DNA of 64,000 nt from Candidatus Latescibacterota bacterium (GCA_965208835.1 OZ242358.1:3968001-4032000), one strand, 5' to 3'; shown: positions 32,797-42,331, counted from the stretch's first letter. Notes: generated by a model from the letters alone, not told the origin. Program-made: numbers and translations.

Positions 32797-34080
32797 CTAC
32801 CAATCGGCCTCCGCGTCGAAATTCACGCGCATGGAAACCAGCGCGCGTATGGTACGTACCCTGTCTTCGCGATTGCCTTCCGTCTGTTTATACCCGCCAA
32901 CCACGGCGGCCAAGTCCAGCGCGAAATACCGGTCCAGCTCAGCGCCGATCCCGAGCGTCCACGCGTCGCGGTCCGTCTCGATCCGCACCTCCGGTACGGG
33001 GCCGCCGCCCACGTATCGAACGGGATCGCGATAGTATCCGGCCCTTAGTGCAACACCCCTGCCGGGAATGGCGTATTCACCGCCCAGATGGACCCGCACC
33101 GCACTTCGGTACTGCTGTCGAAAGTCGTCGACGTACGGCGTGTTGTTCCGGGCCAGTACGTTGTAGGTCGCTTCCTGTAAATCCCCGTAGTGCACGTCGC
33201 CGCTCAACGTCAATCCCTTCGAGGACCATCCCAGACCGAATCCCAGCGAAACCGGCTGCCGTATCTCATATCTGTCAGCGTAGTTGTCGCGAGGATAAGT
33301 ATCCTTCCGGTCGTCGAACGTATCTTCGAATTCATCGACCAGTTCGGCCGACACCCGTATGGGTGTAGCCGCTGAGACCGTAAAGCCAAGGCGGAAATTG
33401 GACGGATGCCAGTAATGGATGCCGCCCTGAACGCCCAACGAGGAAAAGCTGTCGTCGGATTCGAAACGCTGGTAGATACTTACCGTATCCACGTGGACCT
33501 GTCGAACGTCTTCAAGCGTGAGTTCCTGCATGAATCGGTTGGTTCCACGCCATTTGTAAAGCGAAATACCCGCTGACAGGCGCGGCGCCAGATCGATAGC
33601 GGCGCCCATTGTCCAGGCGCCGAAGGTGCCTCTGTCTTCCGAGAATCCCGACTTGTCGAATTCGTCGACTTCATCGTACGCGTCGATCCGCAATCCGCCG
33701 TCGAAGTGCCGGACGCGACCGAATCCCCCCGCAACTACAAGGCTTCCCCGGTAGACCGGTATGGGGTAGACGATCCCTCCAGTAGCAAAGCGTGTGCTGT
33801 TCAGCTTAAACGCCGAAGCCTGGCTGAAGAAATGCGACTCATTCCGATAGCGGTCATGGGACATCCCCCACGAGATGGACCCGCGCCGGGCCCGTGCCAA
33901 GCCTGCCGGGTTCCAGAAGAGACCGGAGAAGTCATCCGATACCGTGACGTAAGCGCCCCCCATCCCCATCGCGCGCGCGCCGATTCCGGAAAACCCGTCC
34001 AGCGCAACCTCCTGCGCGTTGAGCGCTGCTGTCCAGGCGCATATCGCCACAATCGGAACCATATGAAGCACTCGCCTCAT
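32797..34080 (-). CDS. FadL/TodX-like outer-membrane beta-barrel protein
   Basis: Signal peptide; GARAMGMGGAY...DDFSGLFWNPAGL; GGEY, LRAGY. Confidence 0.75.
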   Translation of the reverse strand: MRRVLHMVPIVAICAWTAALNAQEVALDGFSGIGARAMGMGGAYVTVSDDFSGLFWNPAGLARARRGSISWGMSHDRYRNESHFFSQASAFKLNSTRFATGGIVYPIPVYRGSLVVAGGFGRVRHFDGGLRIDAYDEVDEFDKSGFSEDRGTFGAWTMGAAIDLAPRLSAGISLYKWRGTNRFMQELTLEDVRQVHVDTVSIYQRFESDDSFSSLGVQGGIHYWHPSNFRLGFTVSAATPIRVSAELVDEFEDTFDDRKDTYPRDNYADRYEIRQPVSLGFGLGWSSKGLTLSGDVHYGDLQEATYNVLARNNTPYVDDFRQQYRSAVRVHLGGEYAIPGRGVALRAGYYRDPVRYVGGGPVPEVRIETDRDAWTLGIGAELDRYFALDLAAVVGGYKQTEGNREDRVRTIRALVSMRVNFDAEADW

Positions 34081-34748
34081 CGCATTCCCCCTCTGCGACG
34101 CTGACCCTCGCGTTTCTCCTCGCGCTTTTCCTCCTGTTTCTTCTCTTCTTTGGGTTTAGACGACTGACCGCCGTCCGAATCACGTGGTTTCGAGGCGGTC
34201 CTCGATGTGCTGCCCGATCGTTCAGTCTTCGAATCGGTTCGGATGGCGCTTGCCGCGGGCGCTTGTCGCCTCCGCGTCGTCTTTTTTATCCTGCCCTTCC
34301 GGACGGTACCGGCGGGCGCGTGCTCCCCACCCCGTAATCCGGTGTATCTGATGCGCAGGCGTGGTTCGTGAAGGTCGATCGGATCTGCGTCGACCGGACG
34401 ATATCTGTACGTGGGAGCGGGCAATCGTCCGCGCGCAAGAACCCGCCGCATCCACCCCCTCCACCAGGGTCCGTATGCTGCCGTCCAGTAGGCATGTCTC
34501 CATCGGAAACCGCGTCTCGCCCACGACGGATATGCCGGGAAATAGGGTTCGTAATACCGCGCCACACCCCATCCGTACGAATCGAAACTGTTATACACAT
34601 ACTGTCTGTATACGACAACAGTGTCGATATCCGCGGGCGAAGCGTAACCGACCGGTCCTTCCGTTTCGTATTCTGGCGGCCGAATCTGCGTATAACATCC
34701 GGCAAGTGAGAACACACACGTCAGCGCACGGCAGATACGATACACCAT
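34077..34748 (-). CDS. Putative lipoprotein with basic low-complexity tail
   Basis: Lipobox LAGC followed by YTQ; Tyr/Trp-rich middle; R/S/K/E-rich tail. Confidence 0.6.
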   Translation of the reverse strand: MVYRICRALTCVFSLAGCYTQIRPPEYETEGPVGYASPADIDTVVVYRQYVYNSFDSYGWGVARYYEPYFPAYPSWARRGFRWRHAYWTAAYGPWWRGWMRRVLARGRLPAPTYRYRPVDADPIDLHEPRLRIRYTGLRGGEHAPAGTVRKGRIKKTTRRRQAPAASAIRTDSKTERSGSTSRTASKPRDSDGGQSSKPKEEKKQEEKREEKREGQRRRGGMR

Positions 34749-34880
34749 GGCAGCCTCCCTTGATCTGAAATCCGCACATCTCTTCTGTGCCGCCGCCACA
34801 ACGCCTCCCATACACCAAATAATAGCCAATTTCCAAACTGGACACAATACCACGAGCATTGAAGTTACTTGTGGGAAAAA

Positions 34881-35028
34881 GGGAGAGGTGAGAAAATCGG
34901 GTAGACGCGAGACGTGAGACGGCAGAAGAAAACCTTGCCCGTTATTCTATTTCTCATCGCCTACGGCAGGAGGAGAAACCTTACAAGGCATATAATCTCT
35001 ACCGTCTCCCGGCTTACGTCTTCCCGCC
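34881..35028. repeat. ~140-bp intergenic repeated element, copy 2
   Basis: Homologous to 18674-18803. Confidence 0.55.
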
Positions 35029-35029
35029 T

Positions 35030-35401
35030 TTAGCAGACTGCTGATCGCTGATTGCGTTTTTTGCTGTTCTTCCGGAACAGCGTCGCGATGAGGGAACGGA
35101 ACCCCATGATCTTGCCTCTGCCAGGTTCTTCTTCCACACAGCAGGATTCCGAACCGGAACCGCTGCTTCCTGTTATTTCGGCGAGTCGGGACTCAATTTC
35201 GTCGTTTTCAGGAAACCGACCCTCCTTCAGCTTTGAGAAGACCGTCTCCCCATCAGCAGCGATCTCAAATCTTCCCCTTCCCGAGGGAACCAGCGTGAAA
35301 CGCGAGATATCCGTCTTGTATTTTTCCAGCACGTGGCGCGTCAAACTGACGGCCTGGTCCTCGTAGCCTCACCTGGCGCAGTAGACGAGTTCGATGTCCA
35401 A
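35030..35401 (-). CDS. SelW/SelT/SelH (Rdx family) selenoprotein, CxxU
   Basis: AGGAGG RBS, TTG start, MDIELVYCAR-TGA-GYEDQAVSL...LVPSGRGRFEI...VFSKLKEGRFP; candidate SECIS hairpin CGTCA-GTT-TGACG after the TGA. Confidence 0.88.
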
Positions 35402-35504
35402 AGTGGACCTCCTTCCGGTGAGAACAATTGTCTGGTAAGAGAGCGGACTGGTTTGACATCGCCGCAGCCCCAGCTCGATCGCGAATTTCGACCAGACGCG
35501 GGTT

Positions 35505-36137
35505 TCAGCCCGAATCGCCGGTATAGAAGGCGGTCGTGCGCCTTGCCGCCGCGCGTGCGGCGATGGGGTCTGTGCCGGCCGCAACGGCAGCCTTTTCCCA
35601 TCCCCTGCTGCTGCCTGCAATATACGCCCTGCCTTCAGGAGAAACGGTGAACCCGGCTTCGTCCAGCAATGGCTCTTCCGGTTGGCTGACATGGATGGAT
35701 AGTCCCATGAGACCCATTTCCCACCCTACACCGGCCGCGCCGGGTCCATATTCGTCCCAGTGTTGCGAATGGTAGGCCGTGTGGGTGAGAGTAAGCCGCG
35801 CATGTCCGGCATGATCCTCTGAGATACCCGCCTCCACCCAGCTGACGTCCCCGCCGAATTCCCAGGTGACCTCGAAATAAGATGGTCGCCGGCACGCATT
35901 AATCACCCCGCCCGCGTTGCCCTCCAGTTGAAAACGGCCGTTCAGTTCCAGTTCGCCGCAGATCGGGAGAAACCAGCGCGAAATCCGCCGACCGTTTGTC
36001 ACAGCTTCCCACAAGTCCGCGACCGTCGTGGGGTAGCTGCGGACAACCGCGACCGAGTGAGCTGATCTTCCATCGCGCTCCAGCGACGACACGCAGCGTG
36101 CTGCCGCGTTCAATTGCGCTTCGACATCGAAGCGCAT
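35505..36137 (-). CDS. SRPBCC (AHSA1-like) family protein
   Basis: DLWEAVT..RISRWFLP, FQLEGNAGG, TWEFGG, GPGAAGVGWE. Confidence 0.8.
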   Translation of the reverse strand: MRFDVEAQLNAAARCVSSLERDGRSAHSVAVVRSYPTTVADLWEAVTNGRRISRWFLPICGELELNGRFQLEGNAGGVINACRRPSYFEVTWEFGGDVSWVEAGISEDHAGHARLTLTHTAYHSQHWDEYGPGAAGVGWEMGLMGLSIHVSQPEEPLLDEAGFTVSPEGRAYIAGSSRGWEKAAVAAGTDPIAARAAARRTTAFYTGDSG

Positions 36138-36153
36138 GGCGTCCTCCTGTTGA

Positions 36154-37614
36154 TTAAGGCACAGTCCCGACAGCTCGTCGTGCGATGCTTCGAAGAAGCC
36201 CACCGAACAACAGAACATGAATTGGATACAGGGCGTGCCAGTAGAAGCGCCCCCATAAGCCCGTCGGGTCGAAAACGGCGGTCTGGCGCACCCTGGATCC
36301 CCCTCCGTTCCGCGAAGTGACGTCGAATTCGAGCCAGCCTCGCCCTGGCAGCTTCATCTCTGCTGCAAGCCTGAGACGAACATTCGGCTCGCAGACATCC
36401 ACCCGCCAACAGTCCAGGACGTCCCCCGCGGCCAGGTTCTCCGGGTCTCGCCGACCGCGGTTCATGCCAACCCCGCCCAGGAGAAGATCGACCAGACCGC
36501 GCAGGCGCCACATCCAGTCACCGAAGTACCAGCCCCGGACCCCTCCAATGCGCCGTATGGGGGCGAAAGCTGCCTCGGGTTTGACCGGGAGATCGACAGC
36601 GGCCGAGTGGATCATCCGGCCACGGATACGTACGCCGCCCCAGCGCAGGGCCATTCCGGCCGTCAGCAGGGTCTCCGACCACGGCGTGACGGCGAACGTC
36701 GCGTCCTCTTCCTCTACGGCCCGTGAGATGGCCGCCCGCAATCCGAGCGGCGTAATTGGAAAAGCGGTCCGCGCAGCAGCGTCGTTTACGACGGTGGCAG
36801 TGCGAAGACCGTCGACCAGTTCGCGGCCGACCCGCGCGTAAACCGGAGTTGTCAGCCCCAGCCAGAGGCTCGAAAGGCGGGGTGTCAGCAGCGGCACGGG
36901 AATCAACAGGCGCCGAAGACCGCGCTGCCGGGCGTACTCCCGCATGATCTCGCGGTAGGAGACCACGTCTGCTCCGCCCACTTCGAACTGCCGGCTTTCT
37001 CCATGAGGAAGGCCAAGTGCCGCAACAAGATACGCGATCAGGTCGGCAAGTGCGATCGGTTGGGTGGGCGTACGCACCCACGAGGGGCAGACCATCACAG
37101 GCAGGCGCTCCACGAGGGCCCGGATCAGTTCGAACGAGAGGCTGCCGGCGCCAAGCACGATCCCGCTGCGGAACTCGATCACGGGCACGCCGGACTCCCG
37201 CAACACCTCGCCTGTCTCGTGACGACTGCGCAGGTGTTTGGAGAGCCCCTCGGCGGCGCCGAGCCCACCCACGTATACGATGCGCCGCACGCCGGCGGCG
37301 CGAGCCGCGTCACCGAAGTTGCGAGCCGCGTCACGGTCCCGGGATTCGAAATCGGCGCTTCCGCCCATCGAGTGAACCAGGTAATACGCGGTTTCGACGC
37401 CCGAAAATGCGGCCGCAAGCGACGCCGGATCGAAGCAGTCACCGCGAGCAATGCTGCTCTGCGGTCCGACCTTCCCGTTGAGCGCCGCAGGACGGCGGGT
37501 CATGCAACGGACCGGTCGACCCTTCGCCTCGAGTGCCTCGAGCAGCCGTCCGCCGATGCAACCCGTGGCGCCGGTCAGCAGAATCTCGGGCTGTGGTTGC
37601 GTCTCATTCGTCAT
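36154..37614 (-). CDS. SDR/NAD-binding oxidoreductase with DUF2867 C-terminus (YbjT-like)
   Basis: TGATGCIG, YYLVHSM, GSLSFE, IGG.RGWY, LRLAAEMKLPGRGWLEF. Confidence 0.88.
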   Translation of the reverse strand: MTNETQPQPEILLTGATGCIGGRLLEALEAKGRPVRCMTRRPAALNGKVGPQSSIARGDCFDPASLAAAFSGVETAYYLVHSMGGSADFESRDRDAARNFGDAARAAGVRRIVYVGGLGAAEGLSKHLRSRHETGEVLRESGVPVIEFRSGIVLGAGSLSFELIRALVERLPVMVCPSWVRTPTQPIALADLIAYLVAALGLPHGESRQFEVGGADVVSYREIMREYARQRGLRRLLIPVPLLTPRLSSLWLGLTTPVYARVGRELVDGLRTATVVNDAAARTAFPITPLGLRAAISRAVEEEDATFAVTPWSETLLTAGMALRWGGVRIRGRMIHSAAVDLPVKPEAAFAPIRRIGGVRGWYFGDWMWRLRGLVDLLLGGVGMNRGRRDPENLAAGDVLDCWRVDVCEPNVRLRLAAEMKLPGRGWLEFDVTSRNGGGSRVRQTAVFDPTGLWGRFYWHALYPIHVLLFGGLLRSIARRAVGTVP

Positions 37615-37665
37615 GCGGTCATTTCAGTTACGTCTCTGTCAGGTTGTGCCGAGGTCCAATCTGGC

Positions 37666-37847
37666 GTAGAGGCGACCCGCAGGTCGCCCCTACAGAGAGG
37701 AGGATCTCGGCGATCCGATCTGGTACGAATATACAAAAGGGGGAGGCGGGACTCAACCCGTTCCCCTTTGAATTCGAAAGGCAATCGTGAGATCATCCGG
37801 GTCATTAGGTCAAATCAGACGCAGGGCGACCGGCCGGTCGCCCCTAC
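37666..37847. repeat. REP pair (GTAGGGGCGACCGGCCGGTCGCCCCTAC-type) downstream of the RAYT gene
   Basis: Palindromic copies at 37666-37693 and 37821-37847. Confidence 0.8.
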
Positions 37848-37860
37848 AAAACGATGGGTT

Positions 37861-38424
37861 TCAACATTCCGCTACGACAGGATTCTCCGGGTCTTCCGGC
37901 CATCTGACCGGGTTTTCCCCGATGTATTGCCGAATCCTATTTAAGCTAGACTGATTCCTGATTACGTGGTCGTAGTAACTGCGCTGCCAGACCGCCGCAC
38001 CCGGCGTGCCGCGGAACGAGTTGATGCGTTTGGTTACGGAAGACTTGAACCCTGCCATAAGTGCGCCAAGTGACCTGGCGTGTGGCCCTCCAGGAGCGAC
38101 CGGCCGCTCTGTCCCCTTTCGTTCGTCATTGAGCATGACGATTCCGTGAATATGGTTGGGCATCACAATCCAGGCGTCCAATTGGACTTCACTGCGGACT
38201 TGTGCAGACTTCAACCATTCCTCGGCGGCGATCCGCCCCAAGTCGTTTAGCTGCGTCTCAGCGTCGACCACTTCGCCAAAAAGCAGCTCCCGTCCGAACG
38301 TGCAAGCCGTAATAAAGTAAGCTCCTTTACGAGAATAGTCATATTTCCGCAATCGGAGCGACTGACGACGACGTTTTCCAGGATAGAAAGAAGCGTTCGC
38401 TATCATCTCGGTGTTTTGAAACAC
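37861..38424 (-). mobile_element. REP-associated tyrosine transposase (RAYT, Y1 HUH family)
   Basis: RRQSLRL..YDYS..GAYFIT.CT, VMPNHIHGI (HUH), FKS, WQRSYYDHVIRN, YI.ENP.RW. Confidence 0.9.
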
Positions 38425-38464
38425 GTAATCTCGTCACGATAGTATGCAAGCGATCAATTTCGGC

Positions 38465-38492
38465 GTAGGGGCGACCGGCCGGTCGCCCGTAC
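38465..38492. repeat. REP copy upstream of RAYT
   Basis: GTAGGGGCGACCGGCCGGTCGCCCGTAC; further copies at 39764-39790 and 40684-40707. Confidence 0.8.
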
Positions 38493-38706
38493 AACAGCAA
38501 TTCCCGCGCCACGAACCAGGCGTCACACCTGTTCGGATCGGTCGCGACGCGGGATTTTCAGTCGTCGCCAGGGAGAACTGGAGCTCCCATCAATTCCCCA
38601 GATCCAACACCTTGGCGCCCAGATATGGAATTGAGAAGGAAAGAGTTGACATCGTGCACTATATCAGGTAGTTATATTGCAGGCTGAAAAAAAACGGAGG
38701 CCTCTG

Positions 38707-38958
38707 ATGAAGACCGCTCTCGTACAAATCGGAGATTCACGCGGCATCCTTATACCCGGGTCGTTCCTGGAACAATGCCAATTTCCGGACGAAGTGGAGC
38801 TCGAAAACCACGGAGATCATTTGATTGTTCGTCCCACTTCGAAGCCCCGAAGCGGATGGGAGGACGCCTTTCGTCGTATGCGCGAAAACGGGGACGATAA
38901 CTTACTGGATGATGCGTCTCAGTCATTCGACGAATGGGACATCACGGAGATTCCTTAG
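38707..38958 (+). CDS. AbrB/MazE/SpoVT-type antitoxin with no adjacent toxin
   Basis: MKTALVQIGDSRGILIP..FLEQC...PRSGWEDAF. Confidence 0.8.
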   Translation: MKTALVQIGDSRGILIPGSFLEQCQFPDEVELENHGDHLIVRPTSKPRSGWEDAFRRMRENGDDNLLDDASQSFDEWDITEIP

Positions 38959-39101
38959 GTCCAAACTTCGGCGATAGAAGCGGCAATCGGCAAGTCGAAA
39001 TAGACGGGTTCTTAGGTAGGTCGCTCAAGAGGACGACACTAGCGGGACTCAGGTGCAGCCTGTCGCTAGCCGGATGTTAACCAAGCAGATTGGAGGAAGT
39101 G

Positions 39102-39767
39102 ATGCGTACACTCTTGGTATTCCTCTCGATGACGTTTGCCTCGATTCAATTCGCACAGGCGCAGCCGGCAGATGTCGCGAGTCATGTTGCGGCGCTTAAA
39201 GGCAAGACGTTCTGGCTGAAGATCGCTTTTGTAGAGGTGAACGACGGGATTCGGGGCATCGATGCCGCAAATGTCCTGGAGAACGGCGAAGTTTCGTATC
39301 GCGCAACAATAGGTGGTTTTCGCCAGTCGCAATCCCAGTCGGCCGAGGATTTCGCCGAAGAAGTCCGGAATATAGTTATTCGGGATGAACTTTCCGGTTG
39401 GAGCGTGCGGGTTATTGAAAGGGGCGCGAAAGCTGTCATCCGAAAAGCCGAGGCAAGGGAGAAAGAGGTCTATATAGAACTCGACAAGCTGTCAGGCGCC
39501 CGGCATGCCGTTCGCCTTAAAGTCAATAGAGACAATTATACAATTGCCGAAGTCGATCGCCTCTTCAAGATTGCCTTTGCCGCAAGCGAAGCGAAACTGG
39601 CAGGTTCGGAAGCAACCGTGCTACTTGAGATGAATATGTCCATCGAGGAAGTAATCGACCGCAAAGGCAAGCCCGGAACGCGCATTGAACTCGGCACCAA
39701 AACCATTCTCGCCTATGATGGCCTGAAGCTGATATTCACGGATGGGAAGCTGGTGGATGCGCAGTAG
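39102..39767 (+). CDS. Secreted hypothetical protein
   Basis: Signal peptide ending AQA; GGAGG RBS; SmpA/BamE-like C-terminal pattern (MSIEEV...GKP...F.DGKL). Confidence 0.6.
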   Translation: MRTLLVFLSMTFASIQFAQAQPADVASHVAALKGKTFWLKIAFVEVNDGIRGIDAANVLENGEVSYRATIGGFRQSQSQSAEDFAEEVRNIVIRDELSGWSVRVIERGAKAVIRKAEAREKEVYIELDKLSGARHAVRLKVNRDNYTIAEVDRLFKIAFAASEAKLAGSEATVLLEMNMSIEEVIDRKGKPGTRIELGTKTILAYDGLKLIFTDGKLVDAQ

Positions 39768-39964
39768 TGCGACCGGCCGGTCGCCCCTTCAGGCATCATT
39801 GTGGGTCCGAGACGGACCACGCTTCGCAGACCCTTTACACCGGATTGCTCTCGCCGGTTCCCTCGCTATAGTACGCCGTCCCCACATTGTAAATCGCGTC
39901 GCGCCTCTGGCAATACCCGTTTCTGCTCAAGGCGCGCTGCGCGTTTAAGGCGATGTCTCCATCC

Positions 39965-40186
39965 TCATTCTGATCCAGGATCCTCACCAGGTTCGTTTCG
40001 GCGCGGGGCGCAGACACGTTCCGCATCCGCCGCTTCCCACGCGGCCAGTTGTTCCGCGGTGGGCACATACAAGCCTGCTCTCCTGTAGTCGTCATCACTA
40101 AACGGCGTGCCGCCGGCATGCCAGGCGCGGCCGACGATCGGGTCAGTGAATCTTGAACCTCCCGGAGCGGGGTTTCGTTCGTCCAT
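39965..40186 (-). CDS. Repeat-flanked mini-protein (WHxDGTP family), 73 aa
   Basis: DPIVGRAWHAGGTPFSDDDYRRAGLYVPTAEQLAAWEAAD; ATG 4 nt after the repeat. Confidence 0.75.
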   Translation of the reverse strand: MDERNPAPGGSRFTDPIVGRAWHAGGTPFSDDDYRRAGLYVPTAEQLAAWEAADAERVCAPRRNEPGEDPGSE

Positions 40187-40193
40187 GATAGTT

Positions 40194-40418
40194 TCAATCC
40201 TTGTTCTGAAGGTGGACTTCGTCCGGTCCGACCCGCGGGCCTTCGTCAGTGTCGTGCTTGGCTTTCATATCGTCAATCAGTCGCTCGGTCTCGGCCCAAT
40301 GGGCAAGCTGTTCCGGGGTCGGAACGGGCAGGTTCGCCCGGCGATAGTCGGCATCGGAGAAGGGCGTGCCGTCCGGGTGCCAGCACTGAAAGCCGGCGGA
40401 GTCTTGTCTGTTTCGCAT
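40194..40418 (-). CDS. Repeat-flanked mini-protein (WHxDGTP family), 74 aa
   Basis: CWHPDGTPFSDADYRRANLPVPTPEQLAHWAETE; ATG 4 nt after the repeat; stop is the TGA of the next repeat's ATTGAAAC. Confidence 0.78.
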   Translation of the reverse strand: MRNRQDSAGFQCWHPDGTPFSDADYRRANLPVPTPEQLAHWAETERLIDDMKAKHDTDEGPRVGPDEVHLQNKD

Positions 40419-40477
40419 AGCTGTTTCAATCCCTATTCTGTTTGAAGGTCTCCGCCGTGCGAGCCGGCGACGAACGC

Positions 40478-40604
40478 TCAGCCCTCCACCCGGTTGTACC
40501 TCCGCAACTCCTCCCGCAGCCGGTCATGCGGAAGCGCGCACAATATCACTTCGTTGAATTCCTTCATCTACTCGCCCGCCGCGATCATTTCGACCGCGAC
40601 AAGA
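40478..40604 (-). pseudogene. Possible 3' remnant of a DmpA/P1-type aminopeptidase gene
   Basis: Reads ...ALPHDRLREELRRYNRVEG*, resembling that family's C-terminus; in-frame stop upstream. Confidence 0.3.
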
Positions 40605-40803
40605 TAAATCCGATATGTCGCAGGAATTGCGACAATCAGGTTAAAAAACCTACCATCGGCGGTGCGCTGTCAGCTGAAGGTTCGGGCCAACGGCCGGTCG
40701 CCCCTACCTAACGGTTATTGTTAAACCAGCTTCCAGGCTGGCGGGTGCCGACACTGACGAGCATACAAAAGCGATCTCTTTCGCTGAATTCTCAATCGTG
40801 CGC

Positions 40804-40850
40804 TTGACAACGTATTCCGTTCGTTTATATTGTTATGTTATAACATAACA
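40804..40850 (+). promoter_or_regulatory. Sigma70 promoter with Zur box
   Basis: TTGACA (40804) and TATATT (40826) followed by the perfect 20-bp palindrome TGTTATGTTATAACATAACA (40831-40850), upstream of zinc-uptake genes and zur. Confidence 0.85.
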
Positions 40851-40987
40851 TCATTCAATCGTAGAGGACGACCCGCCTGTCATGAAACCAGCCGCAACCT
40901 GGCCTGTATCGACAGCCTCTACATCACGCCAGGCCGCGGGCGATCAGCCCGTTGAACTGCACCAGAACCTCGACTCCGGCGTAAACC

Positions 40988-41153
40988 TAACAGCCCGTTG
41001 AAAAAGTCCATCCGGGCTACGGCCGGCCCTTGCGGTCGAAATACTGCGTTGTGCTCCCTCGCCGAATCGCAGGATGGGACTCGGTCGCGCGCCTTGTCTT
41101 CGACCACAATGGTTCGGCCTCGCCTGCAGAGCGACTTTATCAACGAACTGCTA
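40988..41153. mobile_element. MITE-like element (~165 bp), TA-flanked
   Basis: TAACAGCCCGTTGAAAAAGTC ... GACTTTATCAACGAACTGCTA inverted ends; second copy at 4016-4120. Confidence 0.75.
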
Positions 41154-41253
41154 AGCCCGTGGCAAAAGCCAGCCCAAATGCCGCCTCAACCGGCATCAAT
41201 GAAAGCGGCGGCGATGGCCTCGGCATTCGGTTTTCTGAAACGGTGACGATTTG

Positions 41254-42279
41254 ATGCGATTGAGTTACGACAAGGTGGTCTTTCTCGCATGGCTGTGTGC
41301 CGCCGCATTCTCGGCGGATCTCCACGCGGCAACGATGCTGCCCGGCGAGCCGATCGCGGCCGAGTACTCCAGCGGTGAAAGTCACGCTGACACCGGGCAG
41401 GCATCTTCGCTCTGGGATCAGGCTGCGACGTGGGTCCTGGATAAGCAACGCGATTTTCTCGTACAGCTGACAACCGAATTGCGAACGCTGCGCGGCAAGG
41501 ATGACGTCGGCTGGGCTTTGGTGCTGATGAGCTTTCTCTACGGTGTCTTGCATGCCGCGGGGCCCGGGCACGGGAAGGTCGTGTTGACGACCTATCTGCT
41601 GACCCACCGAAGCCGGCTGAATCGCGGGGTCGCCATGGGCGCCGCAGCCGGACTCCTTCAGGGGGTGACGGCGCTGGTGCTGGTCTACGTCCCGATCGGT
41701 CTGGCAGGTTGGCTGCCGTTGGAGACGGAGACGGCATCATTGTGGGCTACGCGAGTCAGTTTCACGCTGCTTGCGATCGTCGGACTCTACCTGTTGGTAC
41801 GCGCGGCAGGCGCCCTGTCAGAAAGCATTCGCCAATTGCGCCGAGAAACCGGCGAAGTCCACCACGACCATGCCGATCATGTACACGGGGCGGATGGCGG
41901 CTGCCGGCATCTGCCCAGCGCTGCAGAGATTGACACTGCCGGCAGCCGGCATGCGGCGGCTGGCGTGGTTTTGGCCATTGGGCTGCGCCCTTGCAGCGGA
42001 GCAGTGTTGGTGCTCGTCCTCGCCGCCGTGATGGATTTACACTGGCATGGGGCGCTTTCCGTGTTTGCCATGTCCATAGGTACCGCGATCACCGTTGTTG
42101 TCCTGGCCGTTATTGCGACGCGTGCGCGAGACTGGGCGAGTGAGGTCGTCGCTCACAGGTCGCCGTTGTGGACGCTGGCGGCCGGTGGCGTGGGCGCGTT
42201 TGGCGGCGCCCTTCTGGTTGTTTTCGCGCTGTGGCTGCTTAACACGTCGTTTGCACTTAAACCAGCAATGGGTATGTAA
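41254..42279 (+). CDS. RcnA/HoxN-like nickel/cobalt transporter family protein
   Basis: FLYGVLHAAGPGHGK, His-rich loop, GLRPCSGA, MSIGTAIT. Confidence 0.85.
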   Translation: MRLSYDKVVFLAWLCAAAFSADLHAATMLPGEPIAAEYSSGESHADTGQASSLWDQAATWVLDKQRDFLVQLTTELRTLRGKDDVGWALVLMSFLYGVLHAAGPGHGKVVLTTYLLTHRSRLNRGVAMGAAAGLLQGVTALVLVYVPIGLAGWLPLETETASLWATRVSFTLLAIVGLYLLVRAAGALSESIRQLRRETGEVHHDHADHVHGADGGCRHLPSAAEIDTAGSRHAAAGVVLAIGLRPCSGAVLVLVLAAVMDLHWHGALSVFAMSIGTAITVVVLAVIATRARDWASEVVAHRSPLWTLAAGGVGAFGGALLVVFALWLLNTSFALKPAMGM

Positions 42280-42331
42280 GCGGTGGGCCCTGGCCTCGTT
42301 GTCCGCGCGAATTGTTATTAGGACTATCCGA

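Larger units (their letters stand above)
39955..40460 (-). CRISPR. Orphan mini-array of three degenerate ~37-nt CRISPR-like repeats separated by ~200-nt coding spacers
   Basis: On + strand: GTCTCCATCCTCATTCTGATCC (39955), GTTTCAATCCTTGTTCTGAAGG (40191), GTTTCAATCCCTATTCTGTTTGAAGG (40423). Confidence 0.75.
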
